64,000 nucleotides of DNA from Candidatus Latescibacterota bacterium (GCA_965242865.1 CBDETK010000013.1:1344001-1408000), one strand, 5' to 3'. Shown: positions 1-10,446, counted from the stretch's first letter. Notes: generated by a model not told the origin, from the letters alone. Translations and numbers: made by a program.

Positions 1-2
1 AA

Positions 3-782
3 GCCTTTTTCGATCAGCAGGGCTACTTAATTGTCCCCGACCTGCTCAACAGCCGCGAAGTCGCCGAATGCCAGCGCGAGGTCCTGCGCCTCCACCAACT
101 AGCCGCCGATCTAGAGGCCAGCCAAGACCCACTCAGCAACCACTTTCAGCGCGAGCCTTTTTCTAACGACCCAAACCACAACGGCCTGCCCGTCCTCCGC
201 AAAATCGAGAACACCCGCGCCCTGTCGCCGTGCTTTACCCAGCTCGCGGCCCATCCCCGCCTCGTCGCCATCGTGCAATCGCTCCTCGGGGACGACTTGC
301 TCCTCTTCCGCAGCACCCTCATGCTCAAGCCCGCCTTCCACGGCTCGGCCCACGCCCTGCACCAAGACTCGGCCTATTGGCCTATGGAGCCGCCCGCGCT
401 CGTAACAGCGAGCATCGCCCTCAACGACGCCACCCCGGACAACGGCTGCATCAAGGTCATTCCCGGCAGCCACCATTGGGGCTTGCAGGAATGGGGCCGC
501 ATTGCCCAACAGCAAGGGGCGCCGCTGACCGACCGCCAAGACCTCGACGGCTCGCGCCCGCTCGACGTGCCGCTCGCCGCCGGGGCCGCCGTGCTATTCC
601 ACAGCTTGATGGTCCACGGTTCCGGCCCCAACCAGACCGCTCGCCCGCGCAACACCGCGCTCTACGCCTATTTCTCGCCGCACGTGCGCTACGTGCCCGG
701 GGCCAAGGGGCCGCCATCGAAGTCCTTCCCGGTCATCGCGGGCCTCAATGGCGCAGCCGAACACGTGCTGGTCGCCTCCTGA
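3..782 (+). CDS. Phytanoyl-CoA dioxygenase (PhyH) family Fe(II)/2OG oxygenase, 5'-partial
   Basis: Frame open from window start (AFFDQQGYLIVPDLL...). Motifs HALHQDSAYW, ALNDATPDNGCIKVIPGSH and LFHSLMVHGSGPN. Confidence 0.9.
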   Translation, partial: AFFDQQGYLIVPDLLNSREVAECQREVLRLHQLAADLEASQDPLSNHFQREPFSNDPNHNGLPVLRKIENTRALSPCFTQLAAHPRLVAIVQSLLGDDLLLFRSTLMLKPAFHGSAHALHQDSAYWPMEPPALVTASIALNDATPDNGCIKVIPGSHHWGLQEWGRIAQQQGAPLTDRQDLDGSRPLDVPLAAGAAVLFHSLMVHGSGPNQTARPRNTALYAYFSPHVRYVPGAKGPPSKSFPVIAGLNGAAEHVLVAS

Positions 783-857
783 GATAATCCTCTAAAAAAA
801 GAGATCTACCTCCAAGGGCCAAAATCTTGGGGCGGGTGGTAGCAACGCGGCGTACAT

Positions 858-890
858 AAAAAAGCCGACGCCCGCAGTGCGGACACCGGC
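858..890 (-). terminator. Intrinsic terminator downstream of infC
   Basis: Minus strand reads GCCGGTGTCCGC-ACT-GCGGGCGTCGGC-TTTTTT: 12-bp stem with G-U pairs, then a U6 tract. Confidence 0.7.
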
Positions 891-913
891 CTTTTGCACG
901 GCTCGTGCTAGCC

Positions 914-1435
914 TCAGTGGGGCCTGAGAATGAGCGACATTTCGCGGCCTTCCATCTTGGGCCTCTGGTCGACGACCGCCACATCTTCGAGCTTATCGGC
1001 CAGCTCTTGCAGCAGATGGTATCCCCGTTCCTGATAGGCCATCTGCCGTCCTTTGAAGCGGACGCTGACTTTGACCCGGTTCCCCTTTTCGATAAACGTG
1101 CGGATGTGGCCCATCCGGTATTCGAGATCGTGTTCGGAGATATTGGCACCGGCGATGCGGATGCCCTTCATCTGCACGTTTTGCTGCTTCTTGCGCGCTT
1201 CTTTGGCCTTTTTTTCTTGGTCGTAGCGGTGTTTGCCGTAGTCGATGATCCGGCAGACCGGGGGGCGCGCTTCGGCGGCCACTTCTACTAGGTCGAGATT
1301 GGCTTCCTCCGCCATGGCCAAGGCACGGGCCGTTTCGATGATCCCCACCTGCCCCCCATCAGACCCAATGAGCCGGATTTGGGGTACGCGAATATCATCG
1401 TTTACTCTCGTAAAACTCTTTTTCTTTGCTGCGAT
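914..1435 (-). CDS. infC: Translation initiation factor IF-3 with non-canonical ATC start
   Basis: RVNDDIRVPQIRLIG...LDLVEVAAEARPPVCRIIDYGK...VKVSVRFKGRQ. GGAGGT lies 7 nt before an in-frame ATC at 1435; the nearby ATG at 1440 is out of frame. Confidence 0.93.
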   Translation of the reverse strand: MAAKKKSFTRVNDDIRVPQIRLIGSDGGQVGIIETARALAMAEEANLDLVEVAAEARPPVCRIIDYGKHRYDQEKKAKEARKKQQNVQMKGIRIAGANISEHDLEYRMGHIRTFIEKGNRVKVSVRFKGRQMAYQERGYHLLQELADKLEDVAVVDQRPKMEGREMSLILRPH

Positions 1436-1594
1436 TGCATCAACCTCCGTAAAGGGTGGAAAGCGCGGGCGTTTCCCGCAGAGATTTTAATATATTCTCA
1501 GTGCGAATTAAAACAAGCAAAGATTTGCTCCCGCCCGCTTTGGCAGCCGCGAGCGAATAGCTTACTTTGCCTATTTTCGCTCTAAGGAAAACCC

Positions 1595-2596
1595 ATGACT
1601 CGCACGTATGATGTCTATGGCGTCGGCCACGCCCTCGTGGACATCCAATACCAAGTCGCCCCCGAGTTCCTCGCCGAATACCAAATCGAAAAGGGGGTTA
1701 TGACCCTCGTGGATGAGGCGCGGCAACGCACCCTCACGGCCGCCGTAGGCCGCGCGCCGGTCGCGGCGACTTCGGGCGGCTCGGCCGCCAATACCCTCAT
1801 CGGCGTGGCCTGCTATGGCGGCCGAACCTATTACGCCTGCCTGACGGGCCGCGACGATTGGGGCGACTTCTACCAGCGCGATCTCAAAGCGGCCGGCGTG
1901 GCCACGCATTCGGCCAACCGCGGGGTGGGCAAAACCGGCCAGTGCTTGGTCTTTATCACGCCAGACGCGGACCGCACCCTCAACACCTTCTTGGGCATCA
2001 GCAGCACCCTCGGCCCGGCCCAGCTCCAAGAGGAGGTCATCGCCGACAGCCAATACCTTTATATAGAAGGGTATCTCCTCGGCTCGGACGACGGCTTTGC
2101 CGCAGCGGCCCGAGCGCAGCAACTAGCCCAACGGCACGGCACGACCGTCGCCCTGACCCTGAGCGATCCCTTGGCCGTCCGGGCCTTTCGGGCGCGCTTT
2201 GACGCGCTCTTGCACCGCGGCGTCGATCTGCTCTTTTGCAATGCGGAAGAAGCACTTGCCAGCACCGGCCTCAGCGACCGCGAGGCCGCTGGCGCGGCCT
2301 TAGCTTCCCAAGTCGGCACGGCTTATGTAACGTGCGGGGCTGACGGCGCCTTAGTGTACGCCGACCACACCCCCTGCCAAGTGCTCGGCGTCCCGGTGCA
2401 AGCCATCGACACCAACGGTGCCGGCGATCTTTTTGCCGGGGGCGTGCTCTACGGGTTGTCCTACGGGTACAGCCCTTTAGACGCGGCGCGGCTGGGTTGC
2501 TATGCGGCCGCACAAGTAGTAACCCGCTTCGGGCCGCGCCTAGAACAATCACTCGCAGATCGCATCGATCCCATCCTATCCCATTTCTCAACCTAG
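1595..2596 (+). CDS. PfkB family carbohydrate/adenosine kinase
   Basis: GHALVD, GGSAANT, DADRTLNTFLG, and the PfkB signature IDTNGAGDLFAGG. Confidence 0.9.
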   Translation: MTRTYDVYGVGHALVDIQYQVAPEFLAEYQIEKGVMTLVDEARQRTLTAAVGRAPVAATSGGSAANTLIGVACYGGRTYYACLTGRDDWGDFYQRDLKAAGVATHSANRGVGKTGQCLVFITPDADRTLNTFLGISSTLGPAQLQEEVIADSQYLYIEGYLLGSDDGFAAAARAQQLAQRHGTTVALTLSDPLAVRAFRARFDALLHRGVDLLFCNAEEALASTGLSDREAAGAALASQVGTAYVTCGADGALVYADHTPCQVLGVPVQAIDTNGAGDLFAGGVLYGLSYGYSPLDAARLGCYAAAQVVTRFGPRLEQSLADRIDPILSHFST

Positions 2597-2609
2597 CTTG
2601 GAGGTCCCC

Positions 2610-3566
2610 GTGAAAATCCTAGTCCACTATCCATTCACCGACGAACAGCACGACCGCCTGCGCCAGCTAGCGTGCGAAAACGGCGGGCACGAAGTCTTTG
2701 TGGTCCGCAGCGATCAAGAAGCCATGGCCGTAGCCGACACAATCGACATCATCGTCGGCCACTTCTCGCCTGCGGTCTGCGCCGCGGCCCCCAACCTGCG
2801 CTGGGTCCAGTCCTTCAGCACCGGCATGGACAAATTTCTCTTCCCCGAAATCATCGCCCGCGACGAAGTGGCCATTTCCAACGTCGCCGGGCTGTACGCC
2901 CCTCAAGGCGGCGAACACGCTTGGGCCTTACTCCTCGCCCTGACCCGGGGCATTGATCGGTCGATTCGCCACAACGATCAGCGCAAGTGGGCTGGCGGCG
3001 CTACCGTCGAGCTCACCGGGCAGACCTTGGGCTTGGTGGGCTTGGGGGGGTTTGGGATTGAAATGGCGAAGCGAGCCGCTGGCTACGACATGCCGATCAT
3101 CGCCATTGATCCGGTGCGCCGCGACCGGCCGCCGGGCGTTTGCGAGCTCAAAGACAACACCCGCGAAAACCTGCACAGCCTCCTCGGGCGCGCCGACGTG
3201 GTAATGATGGCCTGTCCGCTCACCGCGGAGACCTACCACCTCATTGGGCGCGAGGAACTAGCGCTGATGAAGCAGAGTGCCTATCTGATCAACGTGACGC
3301 GGGGCGGCATCATCGACGAGGCCGCGCTCTGCGCGGCCCTGCACCAAGAGCAGATCGCCGGCGCCGGTATCGACGTCACCGAGATCGAGCCGCTTCCCGC
3401 AGAATCTCCGCTGTGGGACGCCCCCAACATCATCCTCACCCCGCATCGCGCCGGTTCCTCCCAGCACCGGCCGCGCAAAATCTACGAGTTCTTCTGCGTC
3501 CAGTTAGTGCGCTACCTCAAGGGCGAGCCAGTGCTCAATATCATCGACAAGAAGAAGGGATACTAG
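2610..3566 (+). CDS. D-2-hydroxyacid dehydrogenase family protein
   Basis: Rossmann motif GLVGLGGFG, LINVTRGGIIDE, GAGIDVTEIEPLP, ILTPH. GGAGG precedes GTG at 2610. Confidence 0.9.
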   Translation: MKILVHYPFTDEQHDRLRQLACENGGHEVFVVRSDQEAMAVADTIDIIVGHFSPAVCAAAPNLRWVQSFSTGMDKFLFPEIIARDEVAISNVAGLYAPQGGEHAWALLLALTRGIDRSIRHNDQRKWAGGATVELTGQTLGLVGLGGFGIEMAKRAAGYDMPIIAIDPVRRDRPPGVCELKDNTRENLHSLLGRADVVMMACPLTAETYHLIGREELALMKQSAYLINVTRGGIIDEAALCAALHQEQIAGAGIDVTEIEPLPAESPLWDAPNIILTPHRAGSSQHRPRKIYEFFCVQLVRYLKGEPVLNIIDKKKGY

Positions 3567-3582
3567 GGCGTAAATCAATGCA

Positions 3583-6500
3583 ATGAAACAGGAATACGAT
3601 TTTTCCAAAGCCGTGAGCGGGAAATTTTTCCGCGAGGGGGCAGAGCAACAACTGCCAGTCTGCTCTGATAGGAGTTCCCAAGCGGAATTTGCCCAAGGCC
3701 AAATCGTATGCTTGGCTTCCGACCCGTCCATCCAGGGGGCCATCGTCGAAGTGTTGCCCGGAACCCCCGAAGACCGCATCAAGGTTTTTGTCGATGGCAG
3801 TATTCGGACCTATTACGCATCTCAGTTGCGGGCCGATGCTCAGAGTGATGGCGTCTCGTTTCTTTCGCCCGATCCGTTTCACGCCTACTTAACTGCCCTG
3901 CAAATCCGCCATCCTAGCCTATCGACCTTGTATTCGCTCAATGCGGCGCGGGTTGACTTCATCCCCTACCAGTTTCGCCCGGTACTGAAATTCATCCGCT
4001 CGGACCGTCCGCGGCTGCTGATCGCCGATGGCGTCGGCGTCGGCAAAACCATTGAAGCTGGCCTGATTCTGCGAGAATTGCAGGCGCGGCGAGAAATTCA
4101 ATCCGTTCTCATTGTCTGTCCTCGCCCCCTAGTGACCGAGCGCAAGTGGGAAAAGGAAATGAGGCGGTTTGACCAACAGTTTACCCATCTCGACGGACGC
4201 ACCCTGCGATACTGTATCAGCGAGATGGATTTAGAAGGCGCGTGGCCCGAGCAACACCAGAAGGCGATCATGCCCTATTCGCTGTTTAACGAGGTCTTGC
4301 TTTATGGTCCCGCGGGCAACCGCGGAAAAGGACTTTTGGACCTCGACCCACCGCCGCGCTTCGATCTCGTGATCGTCGATGAAGCCCACCACATCCGCAA
4401 CCAGCACACCTACGCGCACAAGGCGGTGCGGTTTTTCTGCGACCACGCGGAAGCAGCGGTCTTTCTCACGGCCACCCCGATCCAACTCGGCGACCACGAT
4501 CTGTTTGTGCTGCTCAATGCGCTACGGCCCGACTTCGTTTTGGACGAGGAAAGTTTCCACCATATCGCGGCCCCCAATCCGTTTATCAACGAGGCGGTCC
4601 ATCATGTGCGGACCCAAGTATCGGGTTGGACCGCGCGGGCAGTTCAAGCTCTCGACCAAGCCGCCGCAACTCCTTGGGGACAGACCATGCTCAGGGCCAA
4701 TCCTGAGTTTAACCGGATTAAAAATCAGCTTGCCGAAGATCGCATCGGCACCAACGACCGAGTCCGCCTCATCACCGCCCTAGAGACCTTGCACACCTTT
4801 TCCGGGATCATAAACCGGACGCGCCGGCGCGACATCGGCTCGTTCACCATTAGAAAACCTGAAACGGTCCATGTCCCATTCACCGCCCCACAGCAACAGC
4901 TTCACGACGCATTGCTCCGAGTCCAAGCGGACATATTCAGCCGCCTGCACAGCGACATCAACGTCAAATTCATGATGACCACGATCCGACGCCAAGCAGC
5001 GAGTTGCCTGTATGGACTAGCCCCTTTCCTCGAGCACATCCTGCAACGGCATCTCGATGAATTGGAATGGGAAGAAGCCGATGATATAGGGCCGGGGCCA
5101 GCAGACAAGGCCATCGACTTAATCCAAAAGCAAATTCAAACTATCCTTGAAAAGGCACGCAGTCTTGATCCCCGCGACCCAAAGCTCGAAGCCCTACGCA
5201 AAATCATCCGCGACAAGCAACGCCTACCTAATAACAAGGTGATGCTGTTCAGCAGCTTCCGGCACACCCTTTCCTATCTATACGAACATCTCAGGGCCGA
5301 CGGCGTCCGCGTCGGCATGGTGCATGGAGGGACGCCGGACGAAGAACGCGTTGCGCTCAGGAGCCGCTTTGAGCAGCCGCGAGAGGTCGGCGACACGCTC
5401 GACGTGTTGCTGTTCTCGGAAATCGGTTGCGAGGGACTGGACTACCAGTTCTGCGACTGCATCGTCAACTACGACTTGCCGTGGAATCCCATGCGCGTTG
5501 AGCAACGGATTGGCCGCATTGACCGCAACGGCCAGCAGAGCGAGGCCGTCGCCATTGTCAACCTAATCACGCCGGGCACGGTTGATGCGGACATCTACGA
5601 ACGCTGTCTCGTGCGCATCGGGGTATTCAAGAACGCTTTGGGCGGCGGCGAGGAAATTCTGGGGGAAATCTCCAAGGCGATCAAAAACATCGCCGAGAAC
5701 TATGCTCTGAGCGAAGCGGAACGAAGGATCAAGTTACAACAGTTGGCGGACAACAAAATCCGGTTGGTACAAGAACAGGAAAGGCTTGAACAGCAGCAGA
5801 TGGAGCTTTTTGGCATCCGGCTGCCCGAAGACCAGCTAAAGGAGGAAATTGAAGAGGCCTCCAGTTTTTGGCTGTCCCCGACCTCCCTGCAAAGGCTCGT
5901 CGCAATTTATCTGAACGATACATGCGGCGAGGAACGGGAATTCATCCTCGGCGAAAAAGCCCTGAAAACGCTCCGCCTTTCGCAGGAGGCGCGCACTGCC
6001 CTGTTGCGCGATTTCCAGCAACTCCCCAGACGAACCACGCCCGACTATCGGGCATGGGAAAAGTGGCTGAAGGGCGGCGAGCCTCATTTCTCCATAACCT
6101 TCGAGGCGGTCTGTGCAACGCACCATCCCAACGCTGCGTTCATCACGCCGGTCCATCCTTTAGTGAAGCAAGCGGCCCGATCACTAGAGACCGGGCAACG
6201 AATTTTTACCGCGCTGAAGATACAGAGCGGTGCGGCCCCTGCGGGTCGCTATGAATTTGCCGTGTATCAATGGCGGTTCCACGGCATTCGGGAAGACTGG
6301 GTGCTCAAGCCGATAGCCTCGTCCGCGGCTGTGACGCCGCACTTAGGACGCCTGCTCGAGAACGCGGTGGATGCTTCGGCTGCAGATCCAGTGGATAGCG
6401 ATTCTCCAGTATGGGATGCCCTCGACGCGCAGCACCATACCTTGTGGTCGCAAGCGAAGGAAGAGCATCGCCAACGGACGCGAGAGCTCGCCGAATATCG

Positions 6501-6738
6501 CAAAGAAAGTCTATCGAAAAGTCATCAAGCGCGGATGGAGCTTCTGGCGGAACAACTCGCCCAAGCCAGCGACGAGAAGTTGCAACGAATGCGGAGATCG
6601 CAAATCGCGGCGGCTGAGGCCGACTACACTCGGCGTCTCCAAGACTTAGGTACTGCGACGAAGCGAGCGGATATCATCGCCGAGCCGGTGGCGTATGGCG
6701 TAATCGAACTGCAAGGAAAAGGGCAACATGCCGAGTAA
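3583..6738 (+). CDS. SNF2-family (RapA/DrmD-like) helicase with an N-terminal antitoxin-like remnant
   Basis: LLIADGVGVGKT, VIVDEAHH, FLTATPIQ, GCEGLDYQ, NYDLPWNPMRVEQRIGRIDR. The first ~27 aa (MKQEYDFSKAVSGKFF...LPV) resemble a BrnA/CopG antitoxin N-terminus. Confidence 0.9.
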   Translation: MKQEYDFSKAVSGKFFREGAEQQLPVCSDRSSQAEFAQGQIVCLASDPSIQGAIVEVLPGTPEDRIKVFVDGSIRTYYASQLRADAQSDGVSFLSPDPFHAYLTALQIRHPSLSTLYSLNAARVDFIPYQFRPVLKFIRSDRPRLLIADGVGVGKTIEAGLILRELQARREIQSVLIVCPRPLVTERKWEKEMRRFDQQFTHLDGRTLRYCISEMDLEGAWPEQHQKAIMPYSLFNEVLLYGPAGNRGKGLLDLDPPPRFDLVIVDEAHHIRNQHTYAHKAVRFFCDHAEAAVFLTATPIQLGDHDLFVLLNALRPDFVLDEESFHHIAAPNPFINEAVHHVRTQVSGWTARAVQALDQAAATPWGQTMLRANPEFNRIKNQLAEDRIGTNDRVRLITALETLHTFSGIINRTRRRDIGSFTIRKPETVHVPFTAPQQQLHDALLRVQADIFSRLHSDINVKFMMTTIRRQAASCLYGLAPFLEHILQRHLDELEWEEADDIGPGPADKAIDLIQKQIQTILEKARSLDPRDPKLEALRKIIRDKQRLPNNKVMLFSSFRHTLSYLYEHLRADGVRVGMVHGGTPDEERVALRSRFEQPREVGDTLDVLLFSEIGCEGLDYQFCDCIVNYDLPWNPMRVEQRIGRIDRNGQQSEAVAIVNLITPGTVDADIYERCLVRIGVFKNALGGGEEILGEISKAIKNIAENYALSEAERRIKLQQLADNKIRLVQEQERLEQQQMELFGIRLPEDQLKEEIEEASSFWLSPTSLQRLVAIYLNDTCGEEREFILGEKALKTLRLSQEARTALLRDFQQLPRRTTPDYRAWEKWLKGGEPHFSITFEAVCATHHPNAAFITPVHPLVKQAARSLETGQRIFTALKIQSGAAPAGRYEFAVYQWRFHGIREDWVLKPIASSAAVTPHLGRLLENAVDASAADPVDSDSPVWDALDAQHHTLWSQAKEEHRQRTRELAEYRKESLSKSHQARMELLAEQLAQASDEKLQRMRRSQIAAAEADYTRRLQDLGTATKRADIIAEPVAYGVIELQGKGQHAE

Positions 6739-9225
6739 CTACCAAGCCATAACGTGGATGTAGCCTTTGGTATGGACGAGAAAGGAGCAATTGTGCCAGT
6801 GCCAGCAGAAGAAGATTTTCTTTACGTTCTCTTTGCGACAAAACAGGAGACCCATCTCAGATTTATACTGAATAGCCCATATCGAACAAACCCAGCGCGG
6901 GAGACCATCTCGGAAGATGATTCTTTCAACAGACACCTTATAAAGGAGACCTGTGATTTGGTGGAGGATATGCTACCGCAAATCCGAAAAATGAGACTTC
7001 TTACGACCAAATCTTTGGCCGTCTTTCCAAACAGAGATGATATACGGGGGGATTTTTATGAACCAATCCTGAATAGGCTAGTCGATCTATTCAATAATGA
7101 AAAACTGACGCCGATGAAACGCGGAGGCCATGCCGCTGCATCAGGAATCTACCAAGGAAGCAGGCAGTTGTCCGAATTGATCAACGACAAAGATTTGGCA
7201 ACGATTCTTGGAAAGGATACATCTCTACCTCTATGGGTTGCCAATGCTCCGCAACGAAACTCAGATGCGGATAATTTTCTGAATTTGCTCAGAATTTCCA
7301 AGTGGGACGAAGAAGATCTTATAAGAGAACTATCCGAGCAACCTGATTTGATAAAGACATGGCTGAAGAACAAATCGGACGAATGGCATCAGAGATTTTA
7401 TGCCTTGCTCGGCGATTCCCTATCTAGTACCCCTCGATCATATACATATACAGATTATTTAGATAAATATCGCAAGGATGCGCTATCAGCTCTTCCTATC
7501 GTCCGACTCAGTGATCGCACCTATAGAAAAGGAGAGGACTGCTACTTCCCAAACGACGATGTAGAACACGATAAAAAATTTCCTCGTGTCGCCAAAGGCG
7601 TCTATTCATCTGGAAAAAACAAGAACCAGCAGGAAAACGCTCGCAAATTCCTTGAAGAGATTGGTGTTAGTGAAGTTGAAGAAAGCGACCGAGTTAAGGC
7701 GATTTTGGATCAGCGGTACGTAAAGGGTACAATTAATCTCCGAAAGCAACATCACGAGGAAGACTTAAAAAGGTTTATTAAACTTATTGAGGAGGATCCA
7801 AGTCAAGCAAATTTATTTAAGGATTACTTTATCTTTGAACTAGACAACGAGACCTGGGGAAGGCCATGTGCCCATGTTTTCGTGGATCGCCCTTATCTCG
7901 ATACTGGATTGAGTATCTACTATGAAGCACTTGACAAAAATTCAAATCGGAAACGAGCACTTCACCCGAAGTATAAAAAGTATGGCTTAAAAAAGATCGG
8001 AGAATTCGCCAAAATGGTAGGTGCTCAGATAGAATTGGAGGTTACAGAGCAAAAAATTCCATGTAGTCATCCCGAATACGATCATCTGATGGCTGCCCCA
8101 GGAGAGCGATTTACTTATATGATCAATATGGATCATACAATTCTCGAATTTAAGGTTCTACTCGATGAACCCAATCTCGATAAGGCACGACTGATTTGGC
8201 GAACGATGAATTCACTAGATGACGAGTATTTGAGAGCAAAGTATCGGAAAAACATAAGTGGAGGATTTCGTCACGGCTCCTCTAGCCTTATACATAATTT
8301 AAGGAAGGCAGAATGGGTTCCTCAGAAGAATGGAGGGCCCCTCCGTTTTGTGCGCCCTTGTGACGCATCAAGTGACTGTCTTCCAGAAGGTTTTTCGTAC
8401 GAGTCTTGGCGAGAATGGGTCAGGAAGGTTGAATTTGGAGAAAGTGCCAAAAAACAGAGCGAAAAATACAAGAAGCGCAAAGAGCTCTTATCATCAATCG
8501 GCATGCCGATAGAACTGTTTAATAAATTCGATGAACTCTCCTCGGAATCAAAAAAAGAAATGAGCAAAAAATGGTTGACAGATATAGAGACACGTAAGCG
8601 TGATCAATCTACTCAGCAGGGAAAGCTCCCCTTCCATAAGGCCCTATCCGAGGCTTTTGTAGCATCTGGCAAAGATGCCGTTGACAATGGCACGGGCTAT
8701 GGAGGTTCCGTTCAAAATCCTTCACGTCGTCGAGATAAAACTTCAGAAAGCATCACCGATTCCATAGAGAACGAAGGTAAGCAGGAAACACGCTCGTATT
8801 TTGCCACAGTTAAAAAATGGAAGAGTAAAAACGACCAAGTTAGGGTAAATCTTACCGAATGGTACGGAGGACGATGTCAGATTTGCGACAAGACCTTCAC
8901 TCAAAACAACGGCGAGCCATACTTTGAAGGGCTATACCTTGTGTCCCACACGACCGCCGGATGGATTGACCGAGTTGGCAATGTTCTCTGTCTCTGTCCT
9001 TGGCATAGTGCGATGTTCCTGTTTGGCCCGAAAGAAGTTGACGAAGATATCATTCAGCAAATTTTACAGTTGAAAGTTCAGGACGAAGGAGGCGATGGTC
9101 CGCTCGCAATCAAGTTGCGATTATGCGGCGAGAACGTCGAAATAAAATTTGAAGAGAGCCACCTTATTGATCTACAAGAAATGATCAAGAAATCTCAGGA
9201 GTTAGAACGTCCTTCGGTCGATTGA
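6728..9225 (+). pseudogene. Sacsin-like ATPase/HNH nuclease gene with the N-terminal GHKL part apparently deleted (remaining ORF 6754-9225)
   Basis: ATG 6728 overlaps the helicase stop and gives MPSNYQAITWM*. Another frame continues LYVLFATKQETHLRFILNSPYRTNPARETI (end of a sacsin-like ATPase domain) and ends in HNH-like CQIC...NVLCLCPWH. The region is AT-richer than its flanks. Confidence 0.65.
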
Positions 9226-9261
9226 ACGAGCAGTTTGGTATCGCAGAATACCTTGTCGCCC

Positions 9262-10413
9262 CTATTTTGCACCGGCGATAAAATCGAGGTAATTCCCCGG
9301 ATGGACGACCTCAAACGAACTATCGGGGTACGCTTGACGCCAGCCGCGGGGAACCCGAGCGGTGGCTTGGGGCGACCACTTCATTTCGGCGGCGAGCAGA
9401 CTCCCGCCCCACTCCTCGATCAAGTCGATCTCCTGCTGGTCGTAGGTGCGCCAGAAGTGGCTCTCGGCCAAACGCCCGGTGTATAGGTTGTACTTCAGCC
9501 GCTCGACCAAGACATAGTTCTCCCACAAGGCCCCCACATCGTCGCGCAACGACAAGACATTGAAGTTGTTGATCAGCCCATTCCTAATGCCATTGTCGTA
9601 AAAATAGTACCGCCGACTCTTGGTAATTTCCTTGCGGAGATTGCGGCTGAAGCCGCGGCGGCTATAGAGGATATAGGCTTTTTCGAGCAGGTCGAGGTAG
9701 CGCTCCACCGTGTTTTTGTTCATGCCCAGCTGGGTTCCCAATTCCGCCACGGAAACCTCGCGGCCAATCTGAAAGGCAAGCAACTGGAGCAAGCGGAGCA
9801 GCTTGTCGGCGTGGCGAATGCCTTCCAACTGTAGAATGTCTTTGAACAGATAGGACGCGATCAGTTCCTTTATGTAAAGCTGACGGTCTTCATCCGACTC
9901 CATGAGGACGACTTCGGGATACGACCCGTAAACCAACCGCAGTTCGAGCTGGGCCTTAGTCTGGTGCGCGGTTTCGACCTCCTGCAGTTCGAGCTGGGCC
10001 AAGGGCAACAGCAGCAGGGTGTATTTGCGGCCAGTCAAAGGCTCGCCCGTCTGCTGCGCGAGCTCAAAGGAAGACGACCCCGTGGCGATAATGCGCAGCC
10101 CTTCGACGTGATCGGCCAATAGCTTCAGATTCAGGCCGATTTGCCGCACGTACTGGGCTTCGTCGATAATCAATGTGCGCCGCTGGCCGATAAAGGCGCG
10201 CAATTTGACGAGGGATTGACTTTCCAAATAGTCGCGTACCGTTATATCTTCCCCGGGCACCACGAGGATGTCGCGGTCGCACTGTTGGACGTACTGCTGG
10301 ATCAAGGTGGTCTTGCCCACTTGCCTAGGACCATGCACCACGACGACTTTACCCGGGCGAGCCAAGCGCGTGAGGCGCGTGAGTTGCGCTTGGGGAATGT
10401 AAATATCGGACAT
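9262..10413 (-). CDS. AAA+ ATPase with DUF4143 domain
   Basis: GPRQVGKTT, IIDEAQ, ATGSSS, LTGRK, YFYDNGIRN, GALWEN, QEIDLI. Confidence 0.9.
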   Translation of the reverse strand: MSDIYIPQAQLTRLTRLARPGKVVVVHGPRQVGKTTLIQQYVQQCDRDILVVPGEDITVRDYLESQSLVKLRAFIGQRRTLIIDEAQYVRQIGLNLKLLADHVEGLRIIATGSSSFELAQQTGEPLTGRKYTLLLLPLAQLELQEVETAHQTKAQLELRLVYGSYPEVVLMESDEDRQLYIKELIASYLFKDILQLEGIRHADKLLRLLQLLAFQIGREVSVAELGTQLGMNKNTVERYLDLLEKAYILYSRRGFSRNLRKEITKSRRYYFYDNGIRNGLINNFNVLSLRDDVGALWENYVLVERLKYNLYTGRLAESHFWRTYDQQEIDLIEEWGGSLLAAEMKWSPQATARVPRGWRQAYPDSSFEVVHPGNYLDFIAGAK

Positions 10414-10416
10414 AGT

Positions 10417-10446
10417 ACTGACTAAATTAACGTTAATTCAGTCAGT
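10417..10446. promoter_or_regulatory. 30-bp near-perfect palindrome, operator-like
   Basis: ACTGACTAAATTAACGTTAATTCAGTCAGT has one mismatched pair. It begins 3 nt upstream of the ATPase start in a short divergent intergenic gap. Confidence 0.6.

Noticed and set aside
3583-6738. Complete DISARM, Zorya or BREX system
   Set aside because: No methyltransferase, DrmA/B/C, ZorA/B or PglZ genes nearby.
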